From the NCBI GenBank assembly GCA_964427405.1, contig CAYRUB010000006.1:15558-79557 (forward strand): a DNA stretch of 64,000 bases, read 5' to 3'. Source of the stretch: an uncultured Planctomycetales bacterium (GTDB lineage: Bacteria > Omnitrophota > Gorgyraeia > Gygaellales > Profunditerraquicolaceae). The notes below the pieces were generated by a model. That model was given only the letters and a program-made list of their open reading frames with translations, made no database searches and had not been told where the DNA came from. Of this stretch, positions 1-10,242 are shown one piece after another; position 1 is the first letter of the stretch; the number at the start of each line of letters is the position of its first letter. Position numbers and translations under genes: made by a program.

Positions 1-381
1 ATTCCGGATGTGGATTTTAATAAACTTAAAAATGACCAGAAGGTCACTAATATTCTAGCTAAAATCCAGCATTTGGATTTGAGAGTTTATTCAGCTTTGG
101 ATGATCAGGATTTTAGTTTGGCTTTGGAAGCTATCTGGGAATTGATTGCTATGGCTAATAAGCATGTTGAAGAAATCAAACCCTGGAATCTTGCCAAAGA
201 GAATAAGCAGGAAGAGTTGAAAGAATTTATTCGTTTATTAATTGATGTTATCAGAGCAGTATCCAGAGAGCTGGAGATTTTTATTCCTCAGACTGCCCTA
301 TCGATTCAGGAACAGTTTGGTGAGGACAGAATAAAAAAAGGCAATCCTTTATTTCCTCGTATTGAAACCAATAAGAAGTAA
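1..381 (+). CDS. metG: Methionyl-tRNA synthetase, C-terminal anticodon-binding part (5' partial)
   Basis: ANKHVEEIKPWNLAK and LFPRIE motifs; precedes tatD as in the common metG-tatD order. Confidence 0.85.
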   Translation: MPDVDFNKLKNDQKVTNILAKIQHLDLRVYSALDDQDFSLALEAIWELIAMANKHVEEIKPWNLAKENKQEELKEFIRLLIDVIRAVSRELEIFIPQTALSIQEQFGEDRIKKGNPLFPRIETNKK

Positions 382-392
382 TTCCATATCCT

Positions 393-1154
393 ATGTTAGT
401 TGATACCCACTGCCATCTTGATTTTTCACAGTTTGATCCGGACCGCGATGCAGTTATACAGCGCGCCGGAGAGGCAGGGATTAGCTACTTTGTAAATATC
501 GGAGCAACTTTAGATTCTTCAAGCGCCGCTTGTGATTTGGCCGCAAAATATGCGCAAGTTTATGCCGGTGTGGGTGTGCACCCGCATGACGCGGATAGCT
601 TTAATCAGGAAGCAGAAGATAAGCTAAGGGAATTGGCTTTAAGGAATAAAGTTGTGGCTATTGGAGAAACTGGCCTTGATTATTACCGTAATTTATCCTC
701 CGAAGAACATCAATTACATGCCTTTAGCAGGCAGATCAAGTTAGCTAAAGATTTAAATCTGCCCCTGGTAATACATAGCCGTCAGGCAGACGAACAGGTT
801 ATACAGGTTTTAAAAGACGCTATGCCTATCCGGGCGGTAATACACTGTTTTTCCGGTGACGAAAGCTTCTTAAAGGAATGTTTAGGTTCAGGTTTTTTTA
901 TTTCTTTTACCTGCAATATTACCTATAAAAATGCTCAGGGCTTAAGGGATATGATTAAGCTTACCCCGCTTGATAAATTAATGCTTGAAACTGACGCGCC
1001 TTATTTATCTCCCGATGGATTTCGCGGAAAACGTAATGAGCCGATGCAGATAAAATTGTTGGCTGAAGCAGTTAGTTTGATAAAAGGAGCCAGTGTTGAG
1101 GAGATCGCGGATAAAACAACCAAAAACGCCAAAGAGTTTTTTAATTTAAGATGA
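393..1154 (+). CDS. tatD: TatD family hydrolase
   Basis: DTHCH, GVHPH, AIGETGLDY, LETDAPY motifs. Confidence 0.95.
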   Translation: MLVDTHCHLDFSQFDPDRDAVIQRAGEAGISYFVNIGATLDSSSAACDLAAKYAQVYAGVGVHPHDADSFNQEAEDKLRELALRNKVVAIGETGLDYYRNLSSEEHQLHAFSRQIKLAKDLNLPLVIHSRQADEQVIQVLKDAMPIRAVIHCFSGDESFLKECLGSGFFISFTCNITYKNAQGLRDMIKLTPLDKLMLETDAPYLSPDGFRGKRNEPMQIKLLAEAVSLIKGASVEEIADKTTKNAKEFFNLR

Positions 1155-2269
1155 ACGCGAAGATTTCCGTAGTTAAGTGTAATAGTTATGAGCCGCATGC
1201 CGTAGAACAGGCAGTCAGGAAGACAGTTGATCTTTTAGGCGGGATAACCTGTTTTGTTAAGCCAGGCTCCCGCGTGTTGGTTAAGCCGAACTTGTTAATG
1301 TCTAAAGAACCCGAATACGCGATTACTACACACCCGCAGGTGGTTCGTTCGGTGATCCGTATTTTGAAGGAGATTAATTGCCGGGTTATTATCGGAGACG
1401 GCCCGAGCGTCTGGGATAGGTATATAGATAATCTGGATGAGGTTTATGAGATTACTGGTATAAAAAAGATTGCGTTTGATGAAGGGGCTAAGCTGGTTAA
1501 ATTTGATAAGCGTAGAATGCGCGATAAGTTCCCGCTTACTACCTGGCTGGATGAATGCGATTATTTGGTTAATCTGCCTAAATTTAAGACTCACGAGCTT
1601 ACTTTAATTACGGGGGCGATTAAAAATCTTTTTGGTTTGGTTTCAGGCACCTATAAAACCGAGTTGCATAAAAATTATTTTAAGCCGTCTGAATTTTCAA
1701 AGATACTTGTGGATATCTATCAGGAGGCAAAGCCCGCATTAACGATTATTGACGGGATATTGGCTATGGAAGGTGACGGTCCGGGGACTAGCGGGAAGAC
1801 CCGTCAACTTAATCTTTTGTTAGGCGGTTCTGATTGTGTGGCATTAGATACGGTTATGGCTAAGATAATGGGGATTAAGCATCAGGAGGTTTTGTCTACC
1901 AGGGAAGCGGCGCTGCGCGGTTTAGGAGAAGGAAAGCTTAGCAGGATTAAAATAGAGGGAGAGGATATTGATAAGTTGAATATCCGTCCGTTCATTATAC
2001 CGCAGGTCTCAAAAATGGAGAATCTGCCGGATGCCTTTAAAATAATCCTTAAGTCGTTAATTAAGTATTATCCTTATTGCCTGTGCCTGAAATGCACGCG
2101 TTGTGGGCATTGTGTGGATATTTGTCCGAAAAAATGTATCACACTTAGTAAGAAGGGTATAGTTTTTAATTATAAAGAATGCATCGCCTGTTTCTGTTGC
2201 CAAGAGGCTTGTCCGTCGGCAGCAATATCAGTAAAGAAAAGTTTGTTGGCCAAGCTTATAGGATTATAA
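1151..2269 (+). CDS. DUF362 protein with C-terminal 2x[4Fe-4S] domain
   Basis: VLVKPN, NLPKFKTH, AMEGDGP; two CxxCxxCxxxCP motifs. Confidence 0.85.
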   Translation: MNAKISVVKCNSYEPHAVEQAVRKTVDLLGGITCFVKPGSRVLVKPNLLMSKEPEYAITTHPQVVRSVIRILKEINCRVIIGDGPSVWDRYIDNLDEVYEITGIKKIAFDEGAKLVKFDKRRMRDKFPLTTWLDECDYLVNLPKFKTHELTLITGAIKNLFGLVSGTYKTELHKNYFKPSEFSKILVDIYQEAKPALTIIDGILAMEGDGPGTSGKTRQLNLLLGGSDCVALDTVMAKIMGIKHQEVLSTREAALRGLGEGKLSRIKIEGEDIDKLNIRPFIIPQVSKMENLPDAFKIILKSLIKYYPYCLCLKCTRCGHCVDICPKKCITLSKKGIVFNYKECIACFCCQEACPSAAISVKKSLLAKLIGL

Positions 2270-2271
2270 GA

Positions 2272-2439
2272 TTAGCGTATGGCTTGGCTTGTTTCTAAGC
2301 AGGGCGTTTGCAGGCCGAGCGGGCAAGGTTACCCTGCTATATGCGAAGTAGGTAGAGCGAGGCCGAAACCCGAGCGAAGTTTGACACGCCGGGTCAAACG
2401 AGCGTCCCTGCGGGAAACAAGACAAGGCAGACGCGTTAA
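2272..2439. repeat. Branched GC-rich palindromic element or structured RNA upstream of mtnA
   Basis: Ends pair (gcgtatggcttggcttgtttc / gaaacaagacaaggcagacgc; gcaggg/ccctgc); internal hairpin tttgac-N7-gtcaaa. Confidence 0.6.
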
Positions 2440-2452
2440 TACTATTAATAAG

Positions 2453-3508
2453 ATGAATATTCGCACAATAGACTGGAAGAATAATAAGGTTAGGATAATT
2501 GATCAGACTAAATTACCGCAGAAATTAGTTTATCTGAACATTGATAAGATAGGGGATTTGAGCAGGGCGATTAAGATAATGCAGGTGCGCGGAGCTCCGG
2601 CTTTGGGTGCTGCCGCTGCTTTGGGGATGTATTTAGGAGTAAAGGATTATTCAGGTTCTGATTGGCCGGGATTCAACCGTAAGTTAAATACGGCGGCAAA
2701 ATATATTGCCAGCTCCCGTCCGACAGCAAGGAATCTTTTTTGGGGGATTGAAAGGGTTACTACTGCGGCTTTAAAGAATAATAGAAAACCTGTTTTTAAA
2801 ATCAAAAAGGCTATTCTCGAAGAGGCAGAGAAGATCATGCAGGAGGATAGTTTATCTTGCCGCAAGATTGGTTCTTACGGAGCCAAGTTGCTTAAGCGCG
2901 ACAGCAAGGTTTTGACAATCTGCAATGCCGGAATATTGGCGACGATTGATTACGGCACTGCCTTGGGAGTTATTTATTCTGCCTGTGACCAGGGTAAGAA
3001 AGTTAAAGTATTTTCTTGTGAAACCCGGCCTTTGCTGCAGGGTAGCAGGTTATCTTCTTGGGAGCTTTATAAACAAGGTGTGGATGTTACGATGATCGCA
3101 GATAATACAGCGGCTTCGCTTATGGCTGAAAGAAAAGTGGATTTAGTAATTACCGGAGCAGACCGTATTGCCGCTAATGGCGATTCAGCGAATAAGATCG
3201 GGACATTAAATTTGGCAATTTTATGTAAATATCATAAAATACCTTTTTATATCGCAGCCCCAAAGAGCACATTTGATTTTAAGATAAAAAGCGGCCAAGG
3301 CATTAAGATTGAAATGCGTAATCCGGGTGAAGTTACCAGTATTTTACTTAAGAAAAGTATCGCGCCTGCCGGAGCTAAGGTAATCAACCCTGCTTTTGAT
3401 GTTACTCCTCATGAGTTAATCAGCGCGATAATTACGGATAAGGGTGTTATCCGTCCGCCTTACATTAAGAATATCAGGAGAGTTCTTAGGGGGAATAAAT
3501 GCATTTAA
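2453..3508 (+). CDS. mtnA: S-methyl-5-thioribose-1-phosphate isomerase
   Basis: IDQTKLP, MQVRGAPA, SRPTA, ETRPLLQG, GADRI, NKIGT, NPAFDVTP; start placed at MNIRT. Confidence 0.93.
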   Translation: MNIRTIDWKNNKVRIIDQTKLPQKLVYLNIDKIGDLSRAIKIMQVRGAPALGAAAALGMYLGVKDYSGSDWPGFNRKLNTAAKYIASSRPTARNLFWGIERVTTAALKNNRKPVFKIKKAILEEAEKIMQEDSLSCRKIGSYGAKLLKRDSKVLTICNAGILATIDYGTALGVIYSACDQGKKVKVFSCETRPLLQGSRLSSWELYKQGVDVTMIADNTAASLMAERKVDLVITGADRIAANGDSANKIGTLNLAILCKYHKIPFYIAAPKSTFDFKIKSGQGIKIEMRNPGEVTSILLKKSIAPAGAKVINPAFDVTPHELISAIITDKGVIRPPYIKNIRRVLRGNKCI

Positions 3509-4440
3509 GAGAGATCGGTGAATTTGGTTTAATCAAAAGGTTTCAGAAACAAATCAAGACTGACTTTTCAGTTTTTAGGGGCAGCGGAGATGACTGCGCG
3601 GTTTTGCGCCTGAATAGCTACAGTTATCAATTATTTACCTGTGATATGATTATCGAGGGGGTAGATTTCAGGAAGGTTGATAATCTGGAAGCGGTGGGCA
3701 GAAAGGCCCTGGCCATATCTATAAGTGATATTGCCGCCTGCGGAGGCCTTCCTAGGCATGCGCTAGTATCGTTGGGCCTGCCAAAAAATATGCGAGTTCA
3801 TCAAGTAGATCTTTTAGCTAAAGGGATATTCGGTTTGGCGAAAAAATATAAAATAAATATCGTTGGAGGTGATATTAGCGCTTCTACTAAATTAATTATT
3901 GATGTGAGTATGCTGGGAGAAGTACAGAAACATAAACTTTGCCTGCGCCGGGGAGCAAAATCCGGTGATATTATCATGGTAACAGGCAGCTTTGGCGGGT
4001 CAATTAAAGGTAAACATTTAAAATTTACCCCTCGATTAAAAGAAGCGCGTTTTTTAGTGGATAATTTTAAGATCAATTCTATGATCGATGTTTCCGACGG
4101 CCTGATACAGGATCTGGGGCATATATTAGAACAAAGCTCTGCGGGGGCTGTTTTATATGAAAGCCTTATTCCTTTAAGCAAGGAAGCCAGGGGGATAGAA
4201 GAGGCGCTTTGTTCAGGTGAGGAATTTGAGCTGCTTTTTACTGCTTCAAGAGACCAGGCCAGCAAGATTATCAGATGTTCAAAATACCGTTTTAAGGTAA
4301 TCGGGGAGATCATGCCAGCATCATTCGGCTTAAGGTCGATTAACCAAAAGAATAATTATTCCCGGCTTAATTTTAAGTCCGGGTACAGCGCAGAGGCGCG
4401 TACCGCCCGGTCCAGTAAGGGCGGGTATAGACATTTTTAA
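3499..4440 (+). CDS. thiL: Thiamine-monophosphate kinase
   Basis: GEFGLI, GDDCAV, SDIAACGG, GGD, IDVSDGL, C-terminal GYRHF. Confidence 0.93.
   Translation: MHLREIGEFGLIKRFQKQIKTDFSVFRGSGDDCAVLRLNSYSYQLFTCDMIIEGVDFRKVDNLEAVGRKALAISISDIAACGGLPRHALVSLGLPKNMRVHQVDLLAKGIFGLAKKYKINIVGGDISASTKLIIDVSMLGEVQKHKLCLRRGAKSGDIIMVTGSFGGSIKGKHLKFTPRLKEARFLVDNFKINSMIDVSDGLIQDLGHILEQSSAGAVLYESLIPLSKEARGIEEALCSGEEFELLFTASRDQASKIIRCSKYRFKVIGEIMPASFGLRSINQKNNYSRLNFKSGYSAEARTARSSKGGYRHF
4378..4424. repeat. In-frame palindromic insert near the thiL 3' end
   Basis: GC-rich double hairpin (ggtac..gtacc; ccgccc..gggcgg) adding about SGYSAEARTARSSK. Confidence 0.6.
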
Positions 4441-4907
4441 TGAAAAAACTATCTACATCGGTCAAGCAAACACTAAAAATAGGTAAGTTGCTTGCGCAAA
4501 AACTTTGCGGAGGAGAAATCATCCTTTTATCCGGCTCACTTGGCGCAGGCAAGACTGTTCTGGCTAAGGGGATAGCTCAGGGGCTGGGTATTGATAAAGA
4601 TAATGTAGTCAGTCCTACATTTGTTTTTTTGCGCGTATATAAAGGGAAACATTTCTTAAACCACTTTGATTTTTACCGGGTCAGGAACCATAAGGAAATT
4701 CTGGCTTTAGGGTATGAAGAGTATTTTTACTCTGATTCCATAACGGTTATTGAATGGCCGGAGCGGTTAAAATTCCTCTTGCCAAAGGAATTCTTAAAGA
4801 TTAAGCTATCTAATAAGTCCAGAAATCAGAGGATGCTTGAATTTATTGGCAGGGGACCCAGGTATAAACAGCTAGTAAAGATAATTTATGAAAATATTAG
4901 GGATTGA
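4440..4907 (+). CDS. tsaE: t6A biosynthesis ATPase TsaE
   Basis: GSLGAGKT, SPTF, HFDFYR, IEWPE. Confidence 0.95.
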   Translation: MKKLSTSVKQTLKIGKLLAQKLCGGEIILLSGSLGAGKTVLAKGIAQGLGIDKDNVVSPTFVFLRVYKGKHFLNHFDFYRVRNHKEILALGYEEYFYSDSITVIEWPERLKFLLPKEFLKIKLSNKSRNQRMLEFIGRGPRYKQLVKIIYENIRD

Positions 4908-5562
4908 TACTACTACTAAGTTTTTGTGCCTTGGGTTGTATGTAGACGGCAAGTTCTATGAATACAACCTTGAGACAGGCAGAAGCCTTTCTGTTTTATT
5001 GGTTCCGACTATACAGAGGGTTATCGCTGCGGCGGGATTGAAAATAGCGGATATTGATTATTTTGCCTGTGGTTTAGGGCCGGGATCTTTTACCGGCATG
5101 CGCATAGGCCTGGCTACGATAAAAGGATTAAGTGTTGTTAGAAATAAACCAGTGGTCGGAGTATCTACACTGGACATCCTGGCAGAAAATGTCCTGGTTA
5201 ATAATAATTTGATTGTCCCTGCGATAGATGCCAGGAGGGGGCTTATTTACTGCAGCTCTTATAAAAGAGAACGGGGCCTATTGAAGCGTAAAAGCGAGTA
5301 CCTGCTTTTAAACTTGGATGAATTTGTTAAGAAGTTTGCTAGTAACCCGATAGTTATAGGAGATGCTGCAGTCTTATATGGCGATAAGATACCTGTGCGG
5401 ATAAAAGGCGCAAGTATATTGGATAAGGATTACTGGTTCCCTAAGGCGCATAATCTTATTAAACTTGCTTTAGCCAAAATAAAATCCAGACAATTTAGCT
5501 CGGCGCAAACCATCAAGCCAATTTATTTATACCCTCAAGAATGCCAGATAAAAACAAAATAG
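4888..5562 (+). CDS. tsaB: t6A biosynthesis protein TsaB
   Basis: ILGIDT, GPGSFTGMRIG, IDARR, PIYL. Confidence 0.95.
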   Translation: MKILGIDTTTKFLCLGLYVDGKFYEYNLETGRSLSVLLVPTIQRVIAAAGLKIADIDYFACGLGPGSFTGMRIGLATIKGLSVVRNKPVVGVSTLDILAENVLVNNNLIVPAIDARRGLIYCSSYKRERGLLKRKSEYLLLNLDEFVKKFASNPIVIGDAAVLYGDKIPVRIKGASILDKDYWFPKAHNLIKLALAKIKSRQFSSAQTIKPIYLYPQECQIKTK

Positions 5563-6668
5563 GTTACCGGCCCACCTGGGCAGAGGTTAATCTTAATAAC
5601 TTAGAGCATAATTTTAAGCAAGTGAAGTCGCGCCTGCGGACACAGGTAAAAGTTTTAGTTACTGTGAAAGCCGATGCTTATGGCCATGGGTTAATTCCTG
5701 TATCTCACAGATTAGCTGTTTGCGGCGTGGATTATCTGGGGGTCGCTTCTATTGACGAAGGGATAAAATTAAGAAAAGCGCATATAAAAACGCCTATCCT
5801 TGTACTGGGATTAATTTTTAAGCGGGATATTCATTCGCTTTTTACTTTTAAGCTTACTCCTACTATTTGCGATTACGCATTAGCCAGTTCCTTAAACAGA
5901 AAAGCCAGCGCGTTAAAGAAGCCGATACGTATACATATTAAAGTAGATACCGGAATGGGCAGGATCGGAGTCGCGCATCAGGATGCCCTTGAGTTAGTGA
6001 AGAAAATCCATAAGCTTAAATCTATCATTATTGAAGGTATTTTTACGCATTTCCCCTTTGCTGACTCCGAACGTAAATTTACCGCTTTCCAGATCGGATT
6101 ATTTTATAAACTGGCTGATGATTTAAAGAAAAACGGGATAACTATTCCGTTAGTGCATGCCGCTAATAGCGCTGGTTTGATTAACCATCAGGACAGCCAT
6201 TTTACCATGGTTAGGCCGGGGCTGGTTATTTATGGCTTGCATCCGGTTAAACCGGACTTGAGGATAAATCTAAAACCCGTATTAAGTCTTAAGACACGTG
6301 TAGTTTTTATTAAGCAGGTCCCCGCCGGTTACGGGATAAGCTATGGCCACGCCTACGTAACTAAGCGTCCGGCTTATATTGTTACCCTGCCTGTCGGTTA
6401 TGGAGACGGCTATCCGCGTAATCTTTCTAATCTCGGCCCGCTTTTAATCAGCGGAAGGAAGTTCCATATCAGCGGCAGGATTTGCATGGATCAGATCATG
6501 GTCGATGTAGGTAAATTTAAACTAAAGCTTGGCGATGAAGTAGTCCTAATAGGAAAACAGGGCAAAGAAAGAATTACCACTGAACAATTGGCAGATTTAG
6601 CCAGCACTATTCCCTATGAGATCGTCTGTGGTTTAGGCAGTCGCATCCCGCGTATTTATATCTCTTAA
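5541..6668 (+). CDS. alr: Alanine racemase
   Basis: VKADAYGHG, KVDTGMGRIG, GYGDGY, GRICMDQ, TIPYE. Confidence 0.97.
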   Translation: MPDKNKIGYRPTWAEVNLNNLEHNFKQVKSRLRTQVKVLVTVKADAYGHGLIPVSHRLAVCGVDYLGVASIDEGIKLRKAHIKTPILVLGLIFKRDIHSLFTFKLTPTICDYALASSLNRKASALKKPIRIHIKVDTGMGRIGVAHQDALELVKKIHKLKSIIIEGIFTHFPFADSERKFTAFQIGLFYKLADDLKKNGITIPLVHAANSAGLINHQDSHFTMVRPGLVIYGLHPVKPDLRINLKPVLSLKTRVVFIKQVPAGYGISYGHAYVTKRPAYIVTLPVGYGDGYPRNLSNLGPLLISGRKFHISGRICMDQIMVDVGKFKLKLGDEVVLIGKQGKERITTEQLADLASTIPYEIVCGLGSRIPRIYIS

Positions 6669-6675
6669 AAAATCA

Positions 6676-7776
6676 TTAAGGTAGTTTTGCGATAAGATAA
6701 AGGCTGCTGGACAAAACAATTAAATGGCTCATTGATGCGGCCAGGGAAGGCATAAGTAGTCCGGATTTTCCTATAGCCAGGAATACGGCATCAAGGATAT
6801 AATAAAGAAACCCCACGATAATCGAGATTCCGACAGAGGCCATGCCTGTAGCGCGCCTGCCCGCCATCAGAGAAAAAGGAATCCCTAAAAGTATAATTAT
6901 CAAGCTGGTAAATGGAGCAGCAAAACGCTGGTAGAGATCCACTTTTAAATTACGGATTACGGTAGTCGCCCCGCTTTTAGAAACTCTCCAGATATAATCC
7001 TGCAACTGACGGATATCCATCAGCTCAGGTTTCTGCCTGAGGTTGGCAAAATCCCGAGGAGTTTCAGGTATTGCCATAATCTCTTCCTCAAAATAAGACG
7101 GTTCATCGATCACCTGGCCGTTACGGTCAAAATCATATGTAATGCATTGGGAGAATCTCCATAACCCGTCCACGTAAGTCCCCTTGTCTGCGACAATCTT
7201 TTTGGTAAGATTCTGGTTTTCATCATGCTCTAAAATTGTAATTCCTTCCATGGTTTTGGTATGAGGAAAGAATTTACTGATAAAAAACAACCTGTTTCTT
7301 GAACCGTACATGGAAAGGTTTAAGATTACATCGAGCCTTTTGATTTTATTGCTTTTGGAACCTTCTTCCATTTGTATTTTTATTTTCTGGTTTTCAGCCA
7401 GGGCGGCAGGAACGAGCCTGTCATTTACCCAGAACACCAACAAGCTGATCAGTAAGCCAAAGATCAGGACATTTCTGGCAATTTCAAATATGCTCAAGCC
7501 GCTGGAACGCATGGCAATTATTTCATTATTGTGATTAAGCTTGCTAAATGTATATACTGTACTCAATAGGCAGGCAAAAGGGGATACCTGCACGAACATC
7601 ACCGGCAGGTATGAAAGATAATAACGCGTTAAAAGTCCCAGGGTGGCGCGGTGTTTCAATATTTCGTCTAAATTAGAAAGCAGATCAATGGTGATGTATA
7701 GAAAAAGAAAACTGAAAATACAGGAAAAGAATATATAAATAACTGATTTTAGGATATAGCGGTCTAGGATGCGCAT
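6676..7776 (-). CDS. lptG: LPS export ABC permease, LptG-like
   Basis: ILDRYI, NEIIAMRSSGLS; YjgP/YjgQ architecture; second gene of a pair. Confidence 0.8.
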   Translation of the reverse strand: MRILDRYILKSVIYIFFSCIFSFLFLYITIDLLSNLDEILKHRATLGLLTRYYLSYLPVMFVQVSPFACLLSTVYTFSKLNHNNEIIAMRSSGLSIFEIARNVLIFGLLISLLVFWVNDRLVPAALAENQKIKIQMEEGSKSNKIKRLDVILNLSMYGSRNRLFFISKFFPHTKTMEGITILEHDENQNLTKKIVADKGTYVDGLWRFSQCITYDFDRNGQVIDEPSYFEEEIMAIPETPRDFANLRQKPELMDIRQLQDYIWRVSKSGATTVIRNLKVDLYQRFAAPFTSLIIILLGIPFSLMAGRRATGMASVGISIIVGFLYYILDAVFLAIGKSGLLMPSLAASMSHLIVLSSSLYLIAKLP

Positions 7777-8867
7777 AGTTTATGAGTTAAATAAACCCCT
7801 ATACTGGCGAATATGATATTAGGTATCCAGAGGGCAAGTGCGGCAGGAAGATGCCCTTCAATCGCCAGCGCCTCAGAGCCGATAAGCAGGGGGTAGTAAC
7901 AGATAATAATTAATACGGCTATACCGATGTTAATTGATTTTTCGCGTCTACGCGTAATAATTCCTAATGAAGAGCCCAAAAGCATAAATACAAAACAAGA
8001 AAAGGCCAGGGCTAACTTTTCATGGATTTTTGTAATCAGCGGAGCCGGGCTGATTCCTTCTTTTTTTAATTTTTCAGCTTCTTTCTTTAATTCCCGAATA
8101 GTCATTTCTTTATATTTTTTATCCACAACCTTGTCCTGCATCTGGCCCATATCCAGGTTCATGAAGTAAGTGCGAAAATTAAGTTTATAGAAGTTAGTGG
8201 GATTTTCCGGGTCAGGTTCGTCGCTTGTGCCGTCAATGAGTTTTAATTTTACGATATTTTTTTCCGGGATACTGATAAATTCACCTGCCTTAGCTACAAT
8301 CGTACGCGTGGGTTTGTCATCTCCCTGAGGTTCATAGATGCGGATGTTATTCATGCGGTTTTTCTTTTGGTCGACATGATAGATAAAAAGGATATACCTC
8401 TGGAATGAGTCGATAAATACCCCTTCTTCAAATGCCGCGGTGGGATTTTTTATCCCCATTTCTTTTAAAGTCTTGCGGTAAGCAAAATGCGCGTAAGAAG
8501 CTGCCTGGTCATTGAAGACTACAAGCCCCAAGCTTAAGATTAGGCTGATGACTAGTAAGGGCAGGATTAATTTAAACAGGCTTACACCGCTTGAACGTAT
8601 AGCAATTATTTCGTTGTCACTGGAGAGCCTGCCTAAAGCAAGTAATACTGCTATAAGCACTGATATGGGTAAGGTGTAGGTAACTATATAGGGAGTAAGG
8701 TAGATAAAAATCTGTATTACGCTGAATAAATCCACTCCTTTGTTAATTACCAGATCGGCAATACGTTTTAAATTACCGATTAAGACCATAACAAAGGTGA
8801 GTACCCCCAGCGATAGTAATAGGGGGGAGAAAAATTCTTTTAAGATATAATTACGCAGGATTTTCAT
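7764..8867 (-). CDS. lptF: LPS export ABC permease, LptF-like
   Basis: GRLSSDNEIIAIRSSG, WIPN motifs. Confidence 0.82.
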   Translation of the reverse strand: MKILRNYILKEFFSPLLLSLGVLTFVMVLIGNLKRIADLVINKGVDLFSVIQIFIYLTPYIVTYTLPISVLIAVLLALGRLSSDNEIIAIRSSGVSLFKLILPLLVISLILSLGLVVFNDQAASYAHFAYRKTLKEMGIKNPTAAFEEGVFIDSFQRYILFIYHVDQKKNRMNNIRIYEPQGDDKPTRTIVAKAGEFISIPEKNIVKLKLIDGTSDEPDPENPTNFYKLNFRTYFMNLDMGQMQDKVVDKKYKEMTIRELKKEAEKLKKEGISPAPLITKIHEKLALAFSCFVFMLLGSSLGIITRRREKSINIGIAVLIIICYYPLLIGSEALAIEGHLPAALALWIPNIIFASIGVYLTHKLCAS

Positions 8868-8869
8868 TA

Positions 8870-9595
8870 TTAGTTGGCCAGGGTCATCACGAGAATTATT
8901 CTTGCCCCGGAGTCTTTCAAAGCTTTGGCCGCCTCGCTTGAGGTGGCTCCCGTAGTCAGCACGTCGTCAATGAGCAATAGGTTTGTATCTTTAATTAATT
9001 CAGGATTATTAACCGTAAAACTCCTTTCAACATTTTTACGCCGTTCTTCAAAGGTTAATTCGGTTTGGGTCCTGGTCGGCCTGCTGCGTACTAAAACATC
9101 AGGGAGAACCTTTTTATTAAACTCTTTAGCTACCTGTTCGCTCAAGACCTGGGCCTGGTTGAATTCTCTTTCTCTCAGCCGGATTTTATGCAGTGGTACA
9201 GGGATGATAAAATCAAGATATTCAATAGGCAGGCGGTAATCTTTAATGAATTTATTCATCAGCCTGCCAAAAGGTTCCCCTAAATAGTCTTTGCCGGAAT
9301 ATTTAAACTCGTGAATTAGTTTTTTTATTGTCCCTGTATATGTGCAGGGGCTAAAGGCCCGGTCAAAATGAAACCTAAACTTTAAACAACTTGAGCATAT
9401 GTTTTTGGCCACGCTTAATTTATCCAGGCGTCTGCCGCATGAGGCGCAGAAAGGGGGAAGGTTCTTTTCGATCTTCTCCCAACACTGGCTGCAGACTAAA
9501 TCATGAGCTTTAGCCGGGTCTATCCTGTTTTTGCAGGCCAGGCAGCAATTTGGATAAATTAAATCCTTTATGCCCTTAAAGAAGCTGCGCAACAT
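8870..9595 (-). CDS. comF: ComF family protein (double zinc ribbon + PRTase)
   Basis: CxxC pairs, PVPLH, FNQA, LIDDVLTTGAT. Confidence 0.9.
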   Translation of the reverse strand: MLRSFFKGIKDLIYPNCCLACKNRIDPAKAHDLVCSQCWEKIEKNLPPFCASCGRRLDKLSVAKNICSSCLKFRFHFDRAFSPCTYTGTIKKLIHEFKYSGKDYLGEPFGRLMNKFIKDYRLPIEYLDFIIPVPLHKIRLREREFNQAQVLSEQVAKEFNKKVLPDVLVRSRPTRTQTELTFEERRKNVERSFTVNNPELIKDTNLLLIDDVLTTGATSSEAAKALKDSGARIILVMTLAN

Positions 9596-9672
9596 AAAGA
9601 TATAATAACAATGAAAATCTGGTTTGTCAAAGTAATTGACAGTCGGGCCTATCGATAGTAAAATAATTAATC

Positions 9673-10233
9673 ATGGAAAGCCAAACTCGAGCGCAACTCA
9701 AAGCAAGATTGCTGGATTTATTGAATAAGGAGGCCTTAAAAAGAGGTAAATTTGTGCTTTCTTCAGGCAAAGAAAGCAATTATTATCTTGATGGCCGTGT
9801 AATTACCTTAACTCCGGAAGGCGCGTATCTGGTTGCCGGTATAATATTGGATATGATTAAGCATGAGGTCTTGGATGCCATTGGCGGGCCAACCCTGGGG
9901 GCTGATCCTATCGTCGGCGCCCTGGCAGCCTTAAGTTATATTAACAAGTGCCCAATTAAGACCTTTATCGTGCGTAAACAGGCTAAAGAGCATGGGACAC
10001 AAAAGCAGGTAGAAGGCCCGGCGCTTAAAAAAGGTGCGCGGGTAATTCTTGTGGATGATGTGGCGACCAGCGGCAAGGCGATCATGGAAGCTAAGCTGGC
10101 ATTAGATAAGATCGGGGTAATAGCTGAGAAGGCGATTGTGATTGTTGACCGCAGCGAAGGCGCGGTTGATAACTTGGCTAAAGCGGGCTTGAAATTGGAG
10201 TCAATCTTTAAGTTAGCGGACTTCGGTCTCTAG
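9673..10233 (+). CDS. pyrE: Orotate phosphoribosyltransferase
   Basis: FVLSSGKES, RKQAKEHG, VDDVATSG. Confidence 0.95.
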   Translation: MESQTRAQLKARLLDLLNKEALKRGKFVLSSGKESNYYLDGRVITLTPEGAYLVAGIILDMIKHEVLDAIGGPTLGADPIVGALAALSYINKCPIKTFIVRKQAKEHGTQKQVEGPALKKGARVILVDDVATSGKAIMEAKLALDKIGVIAEKAIVIVDRSEGAVDNLAKAGLKLESIFKLADFGL

Positions 10234-10242
10234 GTAAACTTT

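Noticed and set aside
2272-2439. 6S RNA or SAM riboswitch assignment
   Set aside because: The fold is multibranched rather than rod-with-bubble, and no SAM-I core words were seen; cannot be supported without Infernal
2279-2452. 58-aa N-terminal extension of MtnA in the ORF track
   Set aside because: Read-through of a palindromic element; MtnA similarity begins at Met 2453
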